Of a stretch of 64,000 nt of DNA, positions 35,365-44,636 are shown piece by piece (within the stretch, counting starts at the first letter, position 1; each line of letters opens with the position of its first letter). Origin of the DNA: Candidatus Multivoradales bacterium (GTDB taxonomy: Bacteria; Acidobacteriota; Thermoanaerobaculia; Multivoradales; JAHEKO01); assembly GCA_965223855.1 (NCBI GenBank), contig CBDCXM010000002.1, positions 96,001 to 160,000 of the forward strand, read 5' to 3'. The notes under the pieces were generated by a model. The model ran no database searches and had not been told where the DNA came from. It saw only the letters and a program-made list of their open reading frames with translations. Both the position numbers and the translations under genes were made by a program.

Positions 35365-37580
35365 AGAGGCTCGTCGCGGGAAGTGCTGCAACTCTCGCCG
35401 CCGGTGCGCTTTGTCTGGCGATCGCCACTCTGCGTTCCCTTGAACCGGTTCCGGAGTCTCTTCCGCCCGCCGTCGGAGAATCCCCGGGTCCGATCTACAC
35501 CGACCGCGAGGGCGTGCCACTGCATGTCAGCTACTCGCAGCGTTGGAACACGGAGCATCGAACGCCGCTCCATGACATCCCCGAGCTGCTCGTTGCGGCG
35601 TTCGTCGAATCGGAAGACCAGCGCTTCTTCGAACATCGAGGTGTCGATTGGGCAGCGCGCGGCCATGCGCTGGTCGAGAATCTGTCGGCTCGCCGAGTCG
35701 TTCGAGGAGCCAGTACGATCACGGAGCAGGCCGCGCGACTGGTCACGCCGCGTGCGCGCACCTTCTGGTCCAGGTGGGTCGAGGGCTTCGAGGCCGGACG
35801 GCTGGAGAAGCGCTTCACCAAGGGCGAGATTCTCGAGTTCTACCTCAACCAGGTGCCCTACGCACGACAGCGCCGCGGCGTCGCGCAGGCCGCTCTCGAC
35901 TATTTCGATCGTGATCTCACCACCCTGCATCCCCGGGAGATGCTGGCGCTGGCGATCCTCGTTCGGAGCCCCAGTCGTTTCGATTTGCGGCGATCGACAG
36001 AGGCGATCGCTCGGCGGGTGGACGATCTTGCTCGGAGACTCGCCGAGTCCGGGACGATCGACGCAGCGACACTCGCTGCCGTCGAGCGCGGCGCGCTGGA
36101 GTTGCGCCCGCCGAGTCTGCAGACCGAGGCGCCCCACTTCGTAGGCCACCTGAAGAGGCTGTCCCTGATCGAGGCTGGAGGCAGAAGGTCGGCGACGACC
36201 CTTTCCGGTGGTATGCAAAGGCACGTCACCGCCCTGCTCGACCGTCAGGTTGAGCAGCTCGGGCACCTCGGCGTCACCGATGGCGCCGCCGTCGTCATCG
36301 ACCATCGCAGCGATGAGGTCCTGGCCTGGGCCAACGCCGGCGGCTATTCGCCCGATGTTGCCGGTTCGCAGATCGATGCCGTCCTGGTTCGGCGGCAGCC
36401 CGGTTCGACCCTCAAGCCGTTCGTCTACGCGCTGGCTCTGGAGAGTGGCTGGACGGCTGCTACCCGGATCGACGACACGCCTCTCGCGCGTCCGGTGGGC
36501 AGCGGCCTGCATCAGTTCCGCAACTACAGCCGGAGGCACTACGGACCGGTCACACTGCGACAGGCGCTCGGAAACTCACTGAACATCCCGGCGGTGAGGG
36601 CCGTGCGACATGTCTCGCCTCGCAGCCTCCTCGATCTCCTGCATCGACTGGGCTTCGAGAGCCTCGATCGCCACCCCGACCTCTACGGCGAGGGGCTGGC
36701 ACTCGGCAACGGCGAAGTGACGCTGCTGGAGTTGACCGCCGCCTATGCGACTCTCGCGCGCGGAGGTGTTCGGCGGGATCTGCGCCTGTTGCGCGACGCC
36801 CGACCCGGGGCGGGCGTCAGGGTGATCGATCCCGAGGTGAGCTCGATCGTGTCGGACATCCTGGCCGATCCCGAAGCGCGCAGCCTCGAGTTCGGCCGGC
36901 ACGGGATACTTGCGCTTCCGGTACCGACCGCGGTCAAGACCGGGACCTCCACCGGCTATGCCGACGCCTGGGCACTCGGCTTCTCCGACCGCTTCACCGT
37001 GGGGGTGTGGCTGGGCAACCTGGACCGTCGGGAGATGGACGGCGTTTCGGGAGCGATCGGCCCGGCACCGGTGCTGCGGGCTACCTTCGCCGAGCTGCGC
37101 CGGCGCACCGGCGAGCATCGTCTCCCGGCGACTCGCTCGCTCCGGCGGATCGAGGTCTGCAGAGACTCGGGGGCGTTGCCGACACCGTCCTGCCCGCGGA
37201 TTCGCGAGCTCTTCCGGGAAGCACACGCGCCCGAGGACACCTGCTCTCTCCATTCTCTCGCTCGAGGGCATGTTACCGACAGGGGGGCGCCCGGGGCGCC
37301 CGAGTTCGGGAGCTACCGACTCACCCAGCCGACCCCCGGGCTGCTGTTGGCGATGGATCCTCGAATTCCGGATCACCTGGAGGCCTTCTCGTTCAGGTTG
37401 AATCGTCCAGGCGGGGTGTCGATCGACTGGATCGTCGACGGAGACGTGATCGCCCGACGACCGGGCGGCGACGAATTCCTCTGGCAGCTGAGGCCGGGAG
37501 CCCACACCGTGCTGGCGAGAGTGCACACCGCGACGGGAGACATCGTGGAGACGGAGCCGGTGGCGTTCGAGGTGCGGTGA
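35361..37580 (+). CDS. pbpC: penicillin-binding protein 1C
   Basis: Transglycosylase motifs EDQRFFEHRGVD and GASTITEQ; transpeptidase motifs GSTLKPF, SLN and KTGT; C-terminal BiPBP-like domain; TTGA overlap with A2M. Confidence 0.93.
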   Translation: MKRLVAGSAATLAAGALCLAIATLRSLEPVPESLPPAVGESPGPIYTDREGVPLHVSYSQRWNTEHRTPLHDIPELLVAAFVESEDQRFFEHRGVDWAARGHALVENLSARRVVRGASTITEQAARLVTPRARTFWSRWVEGFEAGRLEKRFTKGEILEFYLNQVPYARQRRGVAQAALDYFDRDLTTLHPREMLALAILVRSPSRFDLRRSTEAIARRVDDLARRLAESGTIDAATLAAVERGALELRPPSLQTEAPHFVGHLKRLSLIEAGGRRSATTLSGGMQRHVTALLDRQVEQLGHLGVTDGAAVVIDHRSDEVLAWANAGGYSPDVAGSQIDAVLVRRQPGSTLKPFVYALALESGWTAATRIDDTPLARPVGSGLHQFRNYSRRHYGPVTLRQALGNSLNIPAVRAVRHVSPRSLLDLLHRLGFESLDRHPDLYGEGLALGNGEVTLLELTAAYATLARGGVRRDLRLLRDARPGAGVRVIDPEVSSIVSDILADPEARSLEFGRHGILALPVPTAVKTGTSTGYADAWALGFSDRFTVGVWLGNLDRREMDGVSGAIGPAPVLRATFAELRRRTGEHRLPATRSLRRIEVCRDSGALPTPSCPRIRELFREAHAPEDTCSLHSLARGHVTDRGAPGAPEFGSYRLTQPTPGLLLAMDPRIPDHLEAFSFRLNRPGGVSIDWIVDGDVIARRPGGDEFLWQLRPGAHTVLARVHTATGDIVETEPVAFEVR

Positions 37581-37632
37581 CGGCGTCGCCGGGGAGTGGA
37601 GACTCGCTGAAAGGTGGAACTGTGACCGGGCC

Positions 37633-40600
37633 TCAGGGAATCGTCGTCGACCATGCCGAAGTGTCGCCCGACTCGAAGCCGTCGCTGAAGATCTCGGTGG
37701 TCGGGACGGAGTCTCCGTTGGCGTCCAGCTGTCTCAGGTAGGCCAACAGGTCGGAGCGGGCGCCGGTCGAGAGGGCGAGCACCCGCCGATGAGGCTCGGC
37801 CTGAGCGAGGTCGTCGGGCGACGAGACGACGATCTCGTCGAGGCTGACGTTGGGGAAGCTCGCCGTCGCCTCCACAGTGACGGTGTTGCCCGTGCCGGGC
37901 GAGAAGGAGAGCCCTTCGACCCGGACCCGCAGCCAGTTCGTGTGACGCCATCTCGGATCGTTGCCGGGATCGGGCACCGTGACGGTGGAGCCGGAGCCGT
38001 TGACGCGCACCGAGAGGGTCGTGGCGCTCCAACTGCTCACCCGCAGCTCGATCGCCCCGACGCCGCCGGCACCGCCGTCGATTCCGGCGAAGTCGACCCT
38101 GGCGCCCTGATCGTTGAGCGCCATGTAGGCGCGCCCGTGGACGGTGTCGTCGTTGTTGAGATCGACCCAGGTGTCGACGACCGATGCCCCGCCCGCGGGA
38201 GTGCCGTCCTCGGCCGGAAGCACTTCGCCCCCGGCGACGACGAAGACGTCCTCGAGTGTCGGTGCGGAGCCGTCGTGAAGGTAGGGTGCGGAGGCGAAGA
38301 TTCCCAGTAGCGTCGGTGTGTCGATGCCGTCGAGCACGCCGCCGAGCCGCCCGCCGGAGGTGGTGCGCAGGGTGCCGACGTCGTGAAGGATCACCGTTCC
38401 CGTCGTGCTGTCGGTGAACTCCGAGCCGCTGTGACAGCCCGCGCAGCCTTCGGCGGCGAAGACCGCGCGCCCTGCCGCGGCGCTCGGTGTCAGGGTGCCG
38501 TTGGCGGCCCGATGAGGGCTCCTCGGAAGGGCCTCGAAGGTCAATGAGGTCAGGTAGTCGGCGAGAGCGTCGAGCTCCGCGCTCAGCCCCGCCTTGGGAG
38601 GGCCGAGAGGGTCGCTGGTGGCGTCGAAGTCGGCGTCCGACAGGAATCCCGAGCCGCCGAAGGCGAACCGGATGTCGTTCTCGAAATCCTGGATCTCGTC
38701 GAAGTTGGCGCTCCAGTGAACGTTGCCGTGTCCCATGCCGCCGCGGCCGTTGAGGGTGATGGTGTTCCTCAGACCCTCGCCGCGACCGGTGAAGTCCCAG
38801 ACACGGCCGTCCTCGCCGCCGTCGAGATGACAGGTGGCGCAGCTCAGGTAGCCCTCGGCGCTCATCCTCGGGTCGCTCGCGTCGTAGAACAGCGTCTTGC
38901 CGGCGAGCACTGTGGGCGGTAGCGCCTCGGTGGTCGACGTCGCGACCGTGCTCGAAGCCAGTGTGATCGAGCCCGACCGGAAGAGCGGGCCCGCGTCGAC
39001 GGCACTCGCGTCGCGCGACAGGAAGTTCTTCACGAAGACGCGCTCGGTGTCGGAGTCGACGCAGACTCCCTGCGGCGCTCTTCCCACTGCGAGCCGTGCG
39101 ACGAGGCCGCCCAGCCCCGAGTCTCCTCCCGAGCCGCCGGGCGCTTCGAGGGCATCGAGTACCAGCACCTCGTTGTTGCCCTGGAGGGCGACGAAGAGGT
39201 AGTCGCCGAGCGGCGAGAAGGCGAGACCGTGCGCGGAGTCGCTGTTGTCGAGATCGACGGCCCGATCGAGGGTGCCGGCGGTGAGATCGACCCTGATCGC
39301 GAGGTTGCGGACCGTGTTGTCCTGGTCGAGGTCCTCGGCGAAGAGCGGTCCCTTCTCGGCGTTCGGCTTGTTGGCGGTCAACCAGGCGGATGTGCCGTCG
39401 GGAGAGACGGCGATCGCAGTCAGGTAGTTGGCGGTGCCGCGGCCGGAGGCGGTGCCGTCGCGGTTCTCGTCGCCGCCGAACTTCGGAATCTCGATCGTCC
39501 GATTGAGCGTGAAACTCGTCGCCGATACCTCCCATACCTCCGCGTGGTCGGGGGGCGAGAGGAAGCGCGCTACGAGGATGCCGGTGCCGTCACCGGTGAC
39601 GGCGAGCGCCCCCGGCGTCGGTCCGAGCGACAGGGTCCCTGTGCGGCTGCGACTGCTCACCTCGTACCGGCCGAGCGCTCCGCTGCCGTGCTCCGAGACG
39701 TACATCGAGGCCCCGTCCGGCGACGGGGCCAGTGCGATCGGGGCGGCGCCGTAGTCGAGGCCGATCTCGTCGATGAGCCCTCCGGTCGAGACGTCGAGGA
39801 TGACGACGCGGTCGTCGTCGTGACAGGTGACCCAGGCTTCATCACCCACGACCGCCACCGATCGCGGATCGGCACACGCCGGAACCTCGAGCGCGCGCTG
39901 GAGAGTGTCGCTGTCGATGGCGGCCACGCTGTCGTTGTCGGGGTTCACGACCCAGGCTAGACGCCCGGTCGCGTCGCATCCGATTGGCGAGCTGGCAACG
40001 GGGAAGGGTGCCGAAGGGGGATCGAGCACCGTCACGGTCCGGCTCTCGGAGACGATGCTGCCTGCCGGATCGCGCGCCTGGACGGTCGCCCGGTAGTGAC
40101 CGGCCTCCGCGAAGACGTGGTTGGCGTTGCCCTGGCTCGACCATGGAGTCTTCGGAGAGCCGTCGCCGAAGTCGAACCGGAACTCGACCGAATCGCCGTC
40201 GGGGTCGTCGGCGGTGGCGAACAGGTTCGTCATGCCCCCCGGCTCGGCGGGGTAGTCGGCGACGTCGAAGCTGGTGATGTCGGGAGGCCGGTTGCCGCCG
40301 ACAGTCGATCCGGTGGAGAAGGTGAACGAATAGCCCTCGATACCGTTCCCTGCGGCGTCCTTGATTCCTCCGGCGGGGAGGACGACCTCGTAGGTGGTGT
40401 CGGCCGCCAGCGGTGCGTCGGGGGTGAAGGTCAGGACATCGTCGAAGGAGAAGGTGAGGCGCCCCGGGATCGGGCTCCCGCCGAGCGGGCGGACGATGAA
40501 GGTCGTCCCGTTGATGATGGTGAAGCTCTCGAGCGTCTCGTGGATCAGCAGAGTGATCGGCGCGCCCACGGGATAGCCGGTGCGGCCCGACTGCGGGATG

Positions 40601-41721
40601 TGATAGCCGACCGACGGGCCGCGGTCGTCCGGCGTCGACTGATGAGCCCAGATCGCCATCCCCTCGTTGGGGCCGATGCCGCCGGTGACGAGGAGGTTGC
40701 CGAGTGGCAGGAGGAACTGGCTCGTGTCGATGCCGACACCGCCGTCGTTGGGGCGGGTGACGTTGGCGCCATCGAGGAACAGGACGGAGTCGAAGCTCCT
40801 CATGTCGACCTTGTGCCCGCCCATGAAGGCGAACTCGTCCTGGAACTGGATGTACATCGACGCGTCTCCGGGGAGCGCCCGATCGGCGACGAAGCGCAGG
40901 TCGGAGGGGTCGCTCACGTCGACGACGCGGAAGCCGTTGCCGCCGACTCGATAGGGGAAGACGACATAGAGCTTGCCGTCGCCGCCCCACAGCTCCGGCC
41001 AGTACCCTCCCGGTCCGCCGGTCGTCAGGACATCGAGCAACACCGGGTCGGTCGGGTCGCTGACGTCGTAGGTCGCCACTCCGGTGCGGCTCTGGTCGGA
41101 GGCGAAGATCAGCAGATCACCGACGAGGAACGGATGGCCGATGACACCGGTCTCCCCGAGGTGGTCCCACGAGGCGAGTTCGTTGCCGTCGAGGCTGATC
41201 GTCGCGTCGCCACCGACCGTGCCGTAGCTCCAGTAGGTGTCGCCGACGAACCACGGCTGAAAGAGGCAGCCGCGGACCCCGGCGCAGAGGAGCTGCGGAA
41301 AGGTGGTGCGTTCGAGCGTACCGGGTCCGGTCCGCCTCCACGACCACGGAGCCTCGGGAGGCCAGTTCGAGCCGAGGACGAGGTAGTCGCCGCTCTTGAA
41401 GTAGCCGTGGGCGTTGATCGGCATCGGCGTGATGCCGTGGTTGGCGACTTCCACGGGACTGGTCGGGTCGGAGAGGTCCCAGGTACGGACCAGGAAGTCC
41501 GCTCCCGGCTGGCTGGAGGGCACCTCCGGCACCGTGAACAGCACGCCGTTGTGGTAGGCGAGAATCGCGGTCCGCCCCTGCTGCGGAGCGTTGAGGCCGC
41601 TCAGCACCTCGCCGGCCGTCTGAGGCACGTTGGGGAATCCCGGCACCACCGGCGGCTGAGCGGTCGCCGCGGTCGCCAGCGAGGCGAACACGACTCCCAG
41701 CAAGGCACGCGACCGGCGCAT
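37633..41721 (-). CDS. large secreted multidomain protein: beta-propeller + Ig-like + PKD + YncE-like propeller + diheme cytochrome c (peroxidase/MauG-like) + CBM-like insert + DGFESGD tail
   Basis: Signal peptide MRRSRALLGVVFASLATAATA; FDFGDGS (PKD); SCATCH, HWSANFDEIQDFE, CAGCH and PYLHDGSA; ends IFSDGFESGDTSAWSTTIP*. Alternative start 41796. Confidence 0.85.
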   Translation of the reverse strand: MRRSRALLGVVFASLATAATAQPPVVPGFPNVPQTAGEVLSGLNAPQQGRTAILAYHNGVLFTVPEVPSSQPGADFLVRTWDLSDPTSPVEVANHGITPMPINAHGYFKSGDYLVLGSNWPPEAPWSWRRTGPGTLERTTFPQLLCAGVRGCLFQPWFVGDTYWSYGTVGGDATISLDGNELASWDHLGETGVIGHPFLVGDLLIFASDQSRTGVATYDVSDPTDPVLLDVLTTGGPGGYWPELWGGDGKLYVVFPYRVGGNGFRVVDVSDPSDLRFVADRALPGDASMYIQFQDEFAFMGGHKVDMRSFDSVLFLDGANVTRPNDGGVGIDTSQFLLPLGNLLVTGGIGPNEGMAIWAHQSTPDDRGPSVGYHIPQSGRTGYPVGAPITLLIHETLESFTIINGTTFIVRPLGGSPIPGRLTFSFDDVLTFTPDAPLAADTTYEVVLPAGGIKDAAGNGIEGYSFTFSTGSTVGGNRPPDITSFDVADYPAEPGGMTNLFATADDPDGDSVEFRFDFGDGSPKTPWSSQGNANHVFAEAGHYRATVQARDPAGSIVSESRTVTVLDPPSAPFPVASSPIGCDATGRLAWVVNPDNDSVAAIDSDTLQRALEVPACADPRSVAVVGDEAWVTCHDDDRVVILDVSTGGLIDEIGLDYGAAPIALAPSPDGASMYVSEHGSGALGRYEVSSRSRTGTLSLGPTPGALAVTGDGTGILVARFLSPPDHAEVWEVSATSFTLNRTIEIPKFGGDENRDGTASGRGTANYLTAIAVSPDGTSAWLTANKPNAEKGPLFAEDLDQDNTVRNLAIRVDLTAGTLDRAVDLDNSDSAHGLAFSPLGDYLFVALQGNNEVLVLDALEAPGGSGGDSGLGGLVARLAVGRAPQGVCVDSDTERVFVKNFLSRDASAVDAGPLFRSGSITLASSTVATSTTEALPPTVLAGKTLFYDASDPRMSAEGYLSCATCHLDGGEDGRVWDFTGRGEGLRNTITLNGRGGMGHGNVHWSANFDEIQDFENDIRFAFGGSGFLSDADFDATSDPLGPPKAGLSAELDALADYLTSLTFEALPRSPHRAANGTLTPSAAAGRAVFAAEGCAGCHSGSEFTDSTTGTVILHDVGTLRTTSGGRLGGVLDGIDTPTLLGIFASAPYLHDGSAPTLEDVFVVAGGEVLPAEDGTPAGGASVVDTWVDLNNDDTVHGRAYMALNDQGARVDFAGIDGGAGGVGAIELRVSSWSATTLSVRVNGSGSTVTVPDPGNDPRWRHTNWLRVRVEGLSFSPGTGNTVTVEATASFPNVSLDEIVVSSPDDLAQAEPHRRVLALSTGARSDLLAYLRQLDANGDSVPTTEIFSDGFESGDTSAWSTTIP
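37636..37692 (-). repeat. C-terminal protein motif copy 3: IFSDGFESGDTSAWSTTIP
   Basis: Last 19 codons before the stop. Confidence 0.9.
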
Positions 41722-41809
41722 GCCGTCAGTCTGCCCTCGTGTCGCCGTGCCGGCAGTAACCTGCTTCACGCTCCGACGCGGGAGCGCCGCCGACATTGCG
41801 AGCTAGGTC

Positions 41810-42373
41810 TCAGCTGCCGCCGCTGACCTGAGCGCCTGCGGGGTAGGAAATGAAGAAGCCGTCCGCCCAGACGATGTCGCCGTCGTAGTTGGTGGAGATG
41901 AAGGGGCCGACCGTGTAGGTGGCTCCGGACGCTGCGAGATCGCGCGCCAGGCTGCGGATTCCGAGGGTCGGATAGTCCCCGAGGTCGCTCTGGTTGAGTC
42001 GATACTGGTAGGTGCCGCCCCAGCCGTCGTAGCGGGGCACACTCTGGATGTAGAAGAAGGTCGGGCTCTGGTAGAGGACGCTCTGGAGGTCGTCGGCCAG
42101 GAGGACGTCGCCGAAGTTGAAGTTGAAGGTCTGCGCTCCAGCGGCCGCCGCTCCCGCCTGGTCGGTCAGCCACGAGAACCAGGCGCCGCCGACCTGGCGA
42201 ACGTCGGTTACGGTCCGCTTCTGCTTGGCCTTCTGCAGCGAATCGAGCAGGTTGGGGATGAGGATCGCCGCGATCACGCCGATGATCGCGACGACGATCA
42301 ACAGCTCGATGAGCGTGAAGCCCCGGCCGGGCCGGGACGATCTCCAGTTGCTGAAGCTTCCTAGAGTTGGCAT
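41810..42373 (-). CDS. type IV pilin / GspG-like pseudopilin
   Basis: Prepilin cleavage site G|FTLIELLIVVAIIGVIAAILIP, AKQKRT and DGWG; GAGGAG RBS. Confidence 0.92.
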   Translation of the reverse strand: MPTLGSFSNWRSSRPGRGFTLIELLIVVAIIGVIAAILIPNLLDSLQKAKQKRTVTDVRQVGGAWFSWLTDQAGAAAAGAQTFNFNFGDVLLADDLQSVLYQSPTFFYIQSVPRYDGWGGTYQYRLNQSDLGDYPTLGIRSLARDLAASGATYTVGPFISTNYDGDIVWADGFFISYPAGAQVSGGS

Positions 42374-42454
42374 CTGCGACTCCTCTGCGCGTCCCCGAGT
42401 GATCGTCGACCGTTCGATTCTCGGACATCCGAACGGCTGGTTGGGAAGTGGAGG

Positions 42455-42470
42455 TGCAGAGCGCGTGCCA
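42455..42470 (-). promoter_or_regulatory. sigma54 (-24/-12) promoter of the pilin gene
   Basis: Minus strand TGGCACGCGCTCTGCA = GG-N10-GC, close to the TGGCACG-N4-TTGCW consensus, about 80 nt upstream of the ATG. Confidence 0.7.
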
Positions 42471-42516
42471 TCTGCAATCAGCTTGCGGGTCGTTGACCGA
42501 TCGTCCCGGCGGCGGT

Positions 42517-42561
42517 TGTCAGAAGGGACTTCGAGTGACAGGGTTTTTCATCGCGCTGACA
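42517..42561. promoter_or_regulatory. putative enhancer-binding-protein UAS
   Basis: TGTCA-N14-TGACA palindrome (42517-42540) plus a second TGACA at 42557, 21 bp after the first; upstream of the sigma54 site in an AT-richer patch. Confidence 0.45.
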
Positions 42562-42664
42562 AAATTGGGCGTGGACTCCTCCACACGAGCCGGCTGGGCG
42601 AAAGCGAGGCGGTCGCGCTCGCTGACGCGAGGCGCGACGGGCAGTGACAGGCTACGATTCCTCG

Positions 42665-44530
42665 GTGGAGACGACACAGAATGCGGTTTCCGGTCGACGC
42701 CGCAGGTGGTGGCGGCGGGTCGCGCTGGCGCTCGTGGCGGTCGAGATCCTCTATCTCGTCGCCGCCAACCTGCTCCTCAACACCGACCGTGGCCACGCAT
42801 GGCTCGAGCGGCGGCCGGAGAAACTTTCGTTCGAATGGAGCGCCGCCTGGACCTGGCTGCCCGGTCTCTTCCATGTTCGTGACCTCGAGCTCTCGGGGCG
42901 CGCCCGTCGAGCGACCTGGACGATCGCGGCTGAGTCCGCACGCACCTGGATCTGGCTGCCGTCCCTCGCTTCGAGGCATGTTCGGCTCCTCTCCGTCACT
43001 GCGACGGGTGTCGGTATCGACATCGATCCGCTGCCGCCACCCGAGGAGCCGCGGCCGCTACGCATGAAGCGTGGCTGGCGGACGACTCTCCACCGGGTGG
43101 AGGCGGAGTCGTTGTCCCGTCTCCGCTTCGGTCGACAGGTGCTCCACGGCGAGGGGAGCCTCCGCGGGAGCGCCTCCTTCGAGATTCGCGGCCCGATGGA
43201 GTTCGACGTCAGCCGCCTGCGCTGGCGTGGTGGACGGTTCGAGGTCGATGGCGCGACGGCTGCGGAGCAGGTGGCCCTCGACGTGGCGTTGACCGTCGCG
43301 CCTGTCACGCCGGGTGAGGGGATGCTCGCGGCGCTGCTTTCCGCCGCCAGCGGTACCCTCGCCGTCGAGTCGGAGACCTCGAGCCTCAGGTTCGTCACCT
43401 ACTATCTGAAACGCTTCCCGTGGATCGATCTCGGTGGCGAGGGGCATCTGCAACTGGAGGCGGCTCTGAGGGCCGGGCGTTTGCTCCCCGGGAGCCGGCT
43501 CGACTTCGAGGGGTCGAGAGTGACAGCGAGCTACCTGGGGCTCTCCGCTGTCGGCAGTGGCCGGCTGGCGGGACGAGTGCCGGACGGGGGCGACGAGGTG
43601 CGGCTCGCTGCCGAACTCGACCGCTTCGAGGTCGCGAGTCTCCTCGAGGGAGTTCCACTGGTGATCGGGGAGAATCTCGCGGTCACCGCGGTCTCCGATT
43701 CCGCAGCGATCGATCACCCGGCCGAGGGGGTCGAAGTGGAGGCCGTGATGCCGAAGGCGACCGTTCCCGACCTGCGTGCCGTCGATCCCTACATCCCGGA
43801 GTCGATAGGACTCGCCGTGACCGGCGGCGAGGCCGAGATGAGCGCCGAGTTCGACTACAGCGCCCGCGCGGGATCGGGGAGCGGATGGCTCGAGTTCGAG
43901 GGCAGGAGGGTGGAAGCGCGCTTCGACGAGGACGAGCTCGAGGGAGAGGTGCTTCTCGAAGCCCGGTTCCCGTCGATGAACCTCCAGGAGGGGAGACTCG
44001 CCCTCGACGGGACCCGTCTCGAGGTGACCCGAGCCCGTGGCGTAGGGCCCCTGGCGCCCGGCGAGGAGGGATGGTGGGGGAGGGTCCAGATCTCGGAGGG
44101 CTCGTTGCTGAAGAACTTCGGCGAGAAGGGCACTCCGGCGATTCTCGACGGTCGGCTCGACGCCCAGCTGCTCGACACCACTCCGGTGACGACGATCCTG
44201 CGCGACCGCGTGCCGCGGCTTTCCTGGTTTGACGAACTGCTGACCGTCGAGCGGGTGGACCTCTCTTCACTCTTCCGGCTCCAGGGGGCCGAGGTGGGCT
44301 TGTCGGAGCTCGAGCTCTTCGGCGGCGAGCACGGGCGGCTCAAGCTCGATGCCGAGCTCGATCTGGCGGTGGCCGACGGTGCGAGGGAGATCGAAGGGGT
44401 TCTGCTGGCCGTCTGGGGGCCGCTGTCTGCGGCGGTCGAGCTGGGAGACGGGGGGCGCGACTGGAAGCTGACCCGGTCGAAAGCCTGGTACCGCGAGCAG
44501 GCGGAGCGCTACCGGCAGTCCAGGCGGTAG
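42665..44530 (+). CDS. membrane-anchored beta-rich hypothetical protein (possibly AsmA-like)
   Basis: N-terminal RRRRWW plus one TM, then long amphipathic beta-strand patterns. GTG start 6 nt after TACGAT. Confidence 0.65.
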   Translation: METTQNAVSGRRRRWWRRVALALVAVEILYLVAANLLLNTDRGHAWLERRPEKLSFEWSAAWTWLPGLFHVRDLELSGRARRATWTIAAESARTWIWLPSLASRHVRLLSVTATGVGIDIDPLPPPEEPRPLRMKRGWRTTLHRVEAESLSRLRFGRQVLHGEGSLRGSASFEIRGPMEFDVSRLRWRGGRFEVDGATAAEQVALDVALTVAPVTPGEGMLAALLSAASGTLAVESETSSLRFVTYYLKRFPWIDLGGEGHLQLEAALRAGRLLPGSRLDFEGSRVTASYLGLSAVGSGRLAGRVPDGGDEVRLAAELDRFEVASLLEGVPLVIGENLAVTAVSDSAAIDHPAEGVEVEAVMPKATVPDLRAVDPYIPESIGLAVTGGEAEMSAEFDYSARAGSGSGWLEFEGRRVEARFDEDELEGEVLLEARFPSMNLQEGRLALDGTRLEVTRARGVGPLAPGEEGWWGRVQISEGSLLKNFGEKGTPAILDGRLDAQLLDTTPVTTILRDRVPRLSWFDELLTVERVDLSSLFRLQGAEVGLSELELFGGEHGRLKLDAELDLAVADGAREIEGVLLAVWGPLSAAVELGDGGRDWKLTRSKAWYREQAERYRQSRR

Positions 44531-44636
44531 CCGCCCGGCCCCCCGGGGAGGCCGAGTCAGGGGCCCGGGCCCTCGAAGGAGCCTCGCAGCCGCTGTGGGA
44601 AGCTCCCGGGCAGCAGGGTCGGGCTAGAATCTCGCG

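Noticed and set aside
29638-37580. Alpha-2-macroglobulin + pbpC as a novel system
   Set aside because: This is a well-known conserved gene pair (yfhM-pbpC type).
41810-42373. Electrically conductive e-pilin
   Set aside because: Aromatic content is high, but there is a ~45-residue aromatic-free stretch after F1 and the conserved N-terminal aromatic positions of Geobacter-type pilins are missing.
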